64,000 nt of DNA, taken from Thermoplasmatota archaeon (lineage in GTDB: Archaea > Thermoplasmatota > Penumbrarchaeia > Penumbrarchaeales > Penumbrarchaeaceae). Below the pieces are notes generated by a model. That model did not search any database, was not told the DNA's origin, and saw only the letters and a program-made list of their open reading frames with translations. This document shows positions 58,577 to 64,000 of the stretch, piece by piece. The translations under genes were made by a program, and so were the position numbers. Where the stretch lies: contig JBLIRK010000001.1 of the NCBI GenBank assembly GCA_048569615.1, positions 18,896-82,895 on the forward strand, written 5' to 3'. The stretch's first letter is position 1; every line of letters begins with the position of its first letter.

Positions 58577-59476
58577 TCATTTCATCTCGCCGGACTCCAT
58601 GACCAAGCTCAGCTCCTCAAGAGATAGCTTTTCACCCCTTTTGTACTTTGCCACCGCATCCTGGGCCTTCCTGTTCATGTCGGACCTCATCCTCTCCTTG
58701 GGGGTCTTCTTGAACTCCTTCTTCCACTCGTCTATCTCGCGGTAGAGGTTCTGGATCTTCTTTCTCCTCTCCCATACCTGTTTCTTCATGGTCTTGAGCT
58801 GCTTCACGGCCTCGATGTATGCCTTGTGTTTGTCCTGGGCCTGCTTCCTCACATCGTCCCTCTGGGACCAGAGATCCCTTGCCTCTACCAATCCCTCGTG
58901 GGACTGCTCCTTGAGCTCCCCGATCTGTGATTCCATCTCCGTTAGCTCTTTGTTGTACTTGGCGAGGTCCACTTCCTTGACCTTAATGATCTCCTGGTGG
59001 ATGGTGTCGGCCCTGGCCTTGACGACGAGCCGGTCCCTGAGCTCGAAGAGATACTGGTAAAGGAACAGCTCGTTCTTGAGGTTCACATCGGAGGTCAGAA
59101 GGTTCTCCTTGGTGGAGCGGTAATTCTCCAGGAGCCTGTCCAGGGTGCCCCTGCTCGCTTCATTGTGGATGTCGCGGAGCTTCCTGAGCTCTCCTATTTT
59201 CTGGAGGTAGGGCTGCATCTCCTTGAATACCTTCTTTTTCTCCTCGTTGGTCTCTTCGATGTTATCCCAGTAGTCCTTCCTCTCCTTCATTATCTCCTTT
59301 GGCTTCCTGGAGAGTTCCTGTACCTTCTCGTTTAGCTTGTCCCTGCTCTCCTTCAGCGAATCAACCTCGGTGATCTTGTTCTGAACGCGCACCTGGATGA
59401 TGTCCGCCTCTTCCATTATTTCGGAGATCTTCTCCCTGATATCCCTTATCTTCTGGGCTATCTCGAAGTTCTGCAT
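58577..59476 (-). CDS. Archaeal coiled-coil protein (COG1340-like), paralogue of 8556..9437
   Basis: Charged heptad-rich 299 aa. C-terminus KYKRGEKLSLEELSLV. Confidence 0.55.
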   Translation of the reverse strand: MQNFEIAQKIRDIREKISEIMEEADIIQVRVQNKITEVDSLKESRDKLNEKVQELSRKPKEIMKERKDYWDNIEETNEEKKKVFKEMQPYLQKIGELRKLRDIHNEASRGTLDRLLENYRSTKENLLTSDVNLKNELFLYQYLFELRDRLVVKARADTIHQEIIKVKEVDLAKYNKELTEMESQIGELKEQSHEGLVEARDLWSQRDDVRKQAQDKHKAYIEAVKQLKTMKKQVWERRKKIQNLYREIDEWKKEFKKTPKERMRSDMNRKAQDAVAKYKRGEKLSLEELSLVMESGEMK

Positions 59477-60759
59477 CAGGCACCACCCCCCTCATCTGTC
59501 GGAGCCTTTTCCTCATCCAAGACCCCGGTACTTCGATCATCGCCCTGACCTCCGGATCCCCCCGACTCCTTGTGCTCAGCTTCGGGCATCTGGCCTGTGG
59601 CTTCACTCCGTCCGGCGTCCTTCGGCCCACTTGATCTGACATTGTGCCTTCTCCGATCCCGCGGCTCGCTCCTTTCCTTCGGCTGATCCTTCTCGGCCTG
59701 TTTCTCTTCCTGCTCTCCCTGCTGGCTCTCATCCCTCTCCTTGAATATCGAGAGAAGGAACTCGCGTATCTGGTCGAGGCTCCTTTTCGAATCCTCCTCG
59801 TCCTGCTTGGAAGCAGTCTCGATCTGATTTGACCAGAATGTGTGCATCTCCTTGTGAAGGTCGATCCTTCTCTTCAGCCATCCTTTCTTGGATTCCCTTT
59901 CCCTCAGCTGCTTCTTTGCATCGATGAACTTTCCATGGTGTTTCTGGCTCTCCTCGACATTCTCGAGCATCGCCCTATGGTAGTCCTCTATCTGCATCAG
60001 ATTGCTCCCCATCTCCTCCTGGATCTCAGTGAGCCTGGTCTTGATCTCCTCGGGGGTTAATCCATCGGATATGGACCTCATCTTATCCATGGTGTCCCTC
60101 AACTCGTCCAGAAGCCTCCTTTCGGTCTCGATGGTAATGGCTTCGGTCTCGAGCTTCCATTCCAGGTCTCTGGAGAACTGCGAGTACATGGCCACATCCT
60201 TTCTGTGGGACTTCAGCTTCTCCTCCTTTTCCAGAAGGTCGAAGAACTCGTTCCTGAGCTCCTTGTTCCTGTCCTTCAGGGACTTCCTGCACCCTTTCAG
60301 CTTCGCCACTTCCTCGTTTATCTCGTCCCTCTTGGACTTCTCCTCGTCCTTTACCTCGTCGGCCTCCACGGGCTCGGATGCCATTTTGTTCAATTCATCG
60401 GAGAAATTCTGGACAAGTTCCGAATGCTTCCTGACGAGAGCTTCCACAATGCTTCTGCGGTCGAGGAATTCGAATCCCTCCAGGGGATCCCTGGACTCGA
60501 AGGGAGCGAATTCGGGGGTGTCCTTGCTCTCTTTCTGCTCAGCAACCTCGCTCCCCGGACCCTCTCCGGCTTTTCCGCTCGGCGAAGCAACCTCCGCATT
60601 CGCAGGCGGAGCAGGATCCTGCGGTCCGCCGGGTGAGCCGGTACTTTCAGGCGCAGTTGTTTCCTGTTCTGTTTTTTCTGGCGCATGAGTTTCTGGTTCA
60701 ACCTCTGGACCTTCTTCTGCCGGGGGCAGATGTTCATTCTCGATCTCATCTTTGTTCAT
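59476..60759 (-). CDS. Coiled-coil protein with an acidic/Pro-rich low-complexity N-terminus and a basic C-terminal tail
   Basis: N-terminus ..PEVEPETHAPEKTEQETTAPESTGSPGGPQDPAPPAN.. Long K/E/R-rich helical body. 1-nt overlap with the downstream gene. Confidence 0.5.
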   Translation of the reverse strand: MNKDEIENEHLPPAEEGPEVEPETHAPEKTEQETTAPESTGSPGGPQDPAPPANAEVASPSGKAGEGPGSEVAEQKESKDTPEFAPFESRDPLEGFEFLDRRSIVEALVRKHSELVQNFSDELNKMASEPVEADEVKDEEKSKRDEINEEVAKLKGCRKSLKDRNKELRNEFFDLLEKEEKLKSHRKDVAMYSQFSRDLEWKLETEAITIETERRLLDELRDTMDKMRSISDGLTPEEIKTRLTEIQEEMGSNLMQIEDYHRAMLENVEESQKHHGKFIDAKKQLRERESKKGWLKRRIDLHKEMHTFWSNQIETASKQDEEDSKRSLDQIREFLLSIFKERDESQQGEQEEKQAEKDQPKERSEPRDRRRHNVRSSGPKDAGRSEATGQMPEAEHKESGGSGGQGDDRSTGVLDEEKAPTDEGGGA

Positions 60760-60777
60760 GGGGGGATCCGCTCCTGT

Positions 60778-62373
60778 TCATTCATATCCAAGCAGGTCAT
60801 CGGAGTTCTCGTTCCAGTAATTATAAGGGGAATACTGCTGACTCTGTGATTCCGACATCTCGTTGAGGAGTCCCGATTGGTAATGGCCGAACCTTTCCTT
60901 GATCTGTTCCTCAGCGGACTTGCTCTTCTTCACCGCCAACTCCACATGGCGGGATGTGATCAATTCAGAGCCCTCGGCCTTTGCAATGTCGCCGGCCGCC
61001 CTGATGACGCCCCCCATGTCCCTTAATCTAAGGGTAAGGGATCTCTTCTTCCTGTCGAATCTCAGTGCTCTTCTCCTTGCTTCCTTTAAAAGTGAATCGA
61101 TCCCGGTCCTGTCCACATGGGGGATCCTTCCATCCATGCGGACCTCCTGGGAAATGAACTGAACGAACTTCATCCTGTTCCGGTTGTTATCCGGCATTGT
61201 TGTCTCCACGAGCACCTCGTAACCCGAACCCGTAATCCTTGACCTGAGTGGGGATATGATATGAGGTAGGTCCTGAATGTTGCAGGCCCCCACGAATACG
61301 AAATCGCAGGGGACGCCGTCCACCTTGACGCTCGCCCCCGCACTCTGGGGATTCCTGCCGGATATGGAAAAATGCTTCTCCTGCATAGCGGTCAGAATGA
61401 ACCTCTGCAGGTGCCCCAGCTGGGGGAGCTCATCTATGAAAAGGACACCCTCGTGTGCCTCGTGTATCGCCCCGGGGACGACCCTCTCATACGGAGGTGT
61501 TCCAAGCCCCTTGTGGCCGCCGTAAGGATCATGACGCACGTCTCCGAGAAGCTCCGTCTCAGAGGCCCCCGTGGCCATTATGAAGGTATTCCTCTTGAGG
61601 GGTATCAGGACCTTTTTTGGGGAGCTCTTCTCCTTCTCTCGCCTGGCTTGCAGGGCTTTCTCATCCACGACCCTTATCTTTGGACCCGACGCCTCGTAGA
61701 CCACGACCTCCTCCTTTCCATCGACCAGCCGGGTCGTCTGTACCCTAGCCTTGTCCGCTCCCAGCTGGTTCAGGGTAACCTTCAGGATATCCTCTATACC
61801 CTGGAGCATATTGTTCATGTTCATGTCCACCCTGGCCACCTTGGGGGAGCTGGATGGGGTCTTATAGGCATTGCAGTTCGGGCATATGGTTTGGTCCCGG
61901 GGTGAATACGTTCCGCATTTGGAGCAGCGGTATCCCAGCTTCTCCGCAACCTCGACCGGAGCGTCCACGGGAGATATCAGATGCTCCCGGGTCAGTTTGC
62001 TCCTCTGATCCTCCTCCTCGACCTCATCCTTTGTCCGTGTCTGAATGAAGGGTCTTTCGGGGGATTCCGGATTAGAGACAACATAGACCTGGACATTGGG
62101 TGTCGGAAGATGGGCGGCCAATGCCTGGGCGATCATTGATTTGCCAGTTCCGGGAGGACCCACAAGCAGCAGATGTCTTCTCTGGTAGGCGGCAACCTTG
62201 GCCAGCCCGATAATTTCATCCTGTCCGATAACCCGGGAAAGCGGATCCGGAGGGATGATGATCTGGGACGTGTCCGACATATCGTTCAGGTCGAATCCCC
62301 TCTCCGGGTCGAGGGTGATTTCCCCATCGGTTCCTTTCCTTCCGCTTCCCTGTTTTCGTTTCGGTCTCTTCAT
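60778..62373 (-). CDS. Lon-related AAA+ ATPase (LonB-type ATPase module) with an inserted zinc ribbon, no TM segments and no recognisable Ser-Lys protease domain
   Basis: Walker A LLLVGPPGTGKSMIAQALAAHLP. Insertion with CSKCGTYSPRDQTICPNCNAYK. LonB-like ..HDPYGGHKGLGTPPYERVVPGAIHEAHEGVLFIDELPQL.. No GPSAG-type protease motif in the C-terminal ~150 aa. Confidence 0.6.
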   Translation of the reverse strand: MKRPKRKQGSGRKGTDGEITLDPERGFDLNDMSDTSQIIIPPDPLSRVIGQDEIIGLAKVAAYQRRHLLLVGPPGTGKSMIAQALAAHLPTPNVQVYVVSNPESPERPFIQTRTKDEVEEEDQRSKLTREHLISPVDAPVEVAEKLGYRCSKCGTYSPRDQTICPNCNAYKTPSSSPKVARVDMNMNNMLQGIEDILKVTLNQLGADKARVQTTRLVDGKEEVVVYEASGPKIRVVDEKALQARREKEKSSPKKVLIPLKRNTFIMATGASETELLGDVRHDPYGGHKGLGTPPYERVVPGAIHEAHEGVLFIDELPQLGHLQRFILTAMQEKHFSISGRNPQSAGASVKVDGVPCDFVFVGACNIQDLPHIISPLRSRITGSGYEVLVETTMPDNNRNRMKFVQFISQEVRMDGRIPHVDRTGIDSLLKEARRRALRFDRKKRSLTLRLRDMGGVIRAAGDIAKAEGSELITSRHVELAVKKSKSAEEQIKERFGHYQSGLLNEMSESQSQQYSPYNYWNENSDDLLGYE

Positions 62374-62417
62374 CCTTTCACCGAACTGTCCTATGGTATT
62401 CCACTATGTGGCATCTT

Positions 62418-63752
62418 TCACATGTTTAGGTCGCTCTTTGAAAGTACGAGCACACCTTCAGGCTCCTTGGTGAGGTTGCCCTTTTTGGAGCCGACCAGGT
62501 ACTTGACCTTCTGTTCGAAGGCGATATCCAGGAGCCTCTGTGAGATTATCCCGTCGAATACGACCGCATGTATCTCGGACGGCGGTGTTTTCAGGGTATC
62601 CGCAAGCTGCCTTACCGCCAGCTCCTGGACCACCTCGCCGTTCTCGTTCAAAAGCATCGCTTTCAAGGTCCCGGATAGGGTCTTAAGGATGTCCTTGTAT
62701 CTGGTCATCTCGGCTCCCATCTGATCGGATTCCTGCTTGGGTTTGCCTGTAACCGCCTTGATGGGAGGTTTCTCCGGTGCCGGCGGCTGAACCGGTTCCT
62801 TCTGCTCCGGCTCCTTCTTCTTCTCCTGCTCCTTCTTGTACGGCTGTTCCGGCCTTAGTTCCTTCTTCTCCTCCTCGACATGCTTCTTCTCGGTCCTGGG
62901 AATGTCGAAGCGGAGATCGTTCATCTCCATGTACTGCTCCACGGGTATCTTGTTCCTGAGGGCCTTTATTATCTGCTTCTGGGTGAGCTCCTCGACCTCG
63001 AGGGATTTCGGAGCCCTGGCAACGAAATCTATCTCCGCCACCTGGAAGAGTTCCTTCAGGATGAGCTCGCCGCCCCTGTCGCCGTCGACGAAGGCTGTAA
63101 CAACCTTCTCATTGGAGAGCTTCTGAATGGTGACCGGGACGTTGGTACCTCCGATGGCCACCGTGTTCTTTATACCGTACTTCAACAGGTTGATCACGTC
63201 CGATCTACCTTCCACCAGAATTATCGCATCGGATGTGTCCACATTCGGCCCCGCGGGGCATTTGTCCTCGCCGTAATTGACAACTTCATCTATCTGGACC
63301 GCCTGTCTGACCGAGTCGGTAAGGTCGAGGCCTCCGGTCTTCGTCTGGTCCAGGAGTCTGCTCAGAAGCTCCTTGGCCCTGTCCACTATCTTCTGCTTCT
63401 TCTTTATCCTGACATCGTCTATCTTTTCGATGGAGATCTTCGCCCTGCAGGGTCCGATCCTGTCGATGGTCTCCAGGGCGGCCGCGAGTATGGCGGTCTC
63501 AACCTGGTCCAGACTTGAGGGGAGCAGTACCGTCCCTTCGGATTTGCCCTTCTTCGAGTTAATATCCACTTCTATCCTGCCCATCCTCCCCGTCTTCTGG
63601 AGATCCCTGAGGTCCAGTTCATCACCGAGCAGACCTTCGGTCTGGCCGAATATGGCCCCGACCACATCGGGTTTCTCCACCACGCCGTCCGCCACAAGTT
63701 TTGCCTCTATGAGGTATTTTGTCGTTGCTGGATCGAGATTCATTTGATACAC
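62418..63752 (-). CDS. dnaG: Archaeal DnaG primase (TOPRIM)
   Basis: ..KYLIEAKLVADGVVEKPDVVGAIFGQTEGLLG.. archaeal DnaG N-terminus. TOPRIM ..ILVEGRSDVINLLKYGIKNTVAIGGT...DGDRGGELI.. Confidence 0.9.
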   Translation of the reverse strand: MYQMNLDPATTKYLIEAKLVADGVVEKPDVVGAIFGQTEGLLGDELDLRDLQKTGRMGRIEVDINSKKGKSEGTVLLPSSLDQVETAILAAALETIDRIGPCRAKISIEKIDDVRIKKKQKIVDRAKELLSRLLDQTKTGGLDLTDSVRQAVQIDEVVNYGEDKCPAGPNVDTSDAIILVEGRSDVINLLKYGIKNTVAIGGTNVPVTIQKLSNEKVVTAFVDGDRGGELILKELFQVAEIDFVARAPKSLEVEELTQKQIIKALRNKIPVEQYMEMNDLRFDIPRTEKKHVEEEKKELRPEQPYKKEQEKKKEPEQKEPVQPPAPEKPPIKAVTGKPKQESDQMGAEMTRYKDILKTLSGTLKAMLLNENGEVVQELAVRQLADTLKTPPSEIHAVVFDGIISQRLLDIAFEQKVKYLVGSKKGNLTKEPEGVLVLSKSDLNM

Positions 63753-64000
63753 CTTCTTTTTAATTGATTTTCAGGTTGCTTCGAAAAGGTAATACCGATG
63801 ACGAAGACCAGATAGGCCAAGGATCCATTCCTTCCATTTCCTCTGCGGAACCAACTCTTTTGCCCTGCCCCAAACGGAGCCGGGTTAGGATGATTGGTGA
63901 TCGTGATGTGATTTTATCATGGTCCAACCCGTCAAGGTAGGTACCTTTTCAACCTTGGATGATGGATTTTCTATAAATAGGTTTCCAAGGGGTATTATAT

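Overview
This window looks like an archaeal chromosome segment of roughly 55-60% GC, most like Thermoplasmata or Methanomassiliicoccales. The evidence for that lineage is an unsplit rpoB, archaeal DnaG, LonB-type AAA+ signatures, ABCE1 and L30e.

The conserved core (41.2-56.5 kb) is the RNA polymerase operon on the minus strand. A tRNA-Lys(UUU) carrying a putative non-canonical intron is followed by rpoH, an unsplit rpoB, rpoA' and an rpoA'' with an unusual N-terminal extension of about 330 aa, then L30e. Downstream come ftsZ, secE and spt5. Further along are purM, map, a YrdC/Sua5 homologue, an MthK-like K+ channel and dnaG.

The first 41 kb is accessory-like. It holds many secreted or membrane-anchored proteins with beta-propeller, PKD and thrombospondin type-3 repeat domains, ABCE1, LarB, a LarC N-domain homologue, pyrD-pyrK, and a RelE/RHH toxin-antitoxin pair whose toxin is cut short by an in-frame TGA. 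It also holds an RRM RNA-binding protein, which is rare in archaea, a ZIP transporter and a giant HgdC/BadF-HgdB-like 'activase' fusion.

The most interesting region is 30.4-33.7 kb, extended upstream to 38 kb if the activase is included. A radical SAM/SPASM enzyme with an N-terminal PqqD-like RRE domain is co-directional with three paralogous small membrane-anchored proteins. Two short ORFs (48 and 53 aa) missed by the ORF track lie in the same locus and share a YGTP[IV]YRP C-terminal motif. I read this as a candidate undescribed rSAM-dependent peptide or protein modification (RiPP-like) locus.

The ORF track appears to count GTG and TTG as starts and print them as M. Several starts were refined by hand for that reason.
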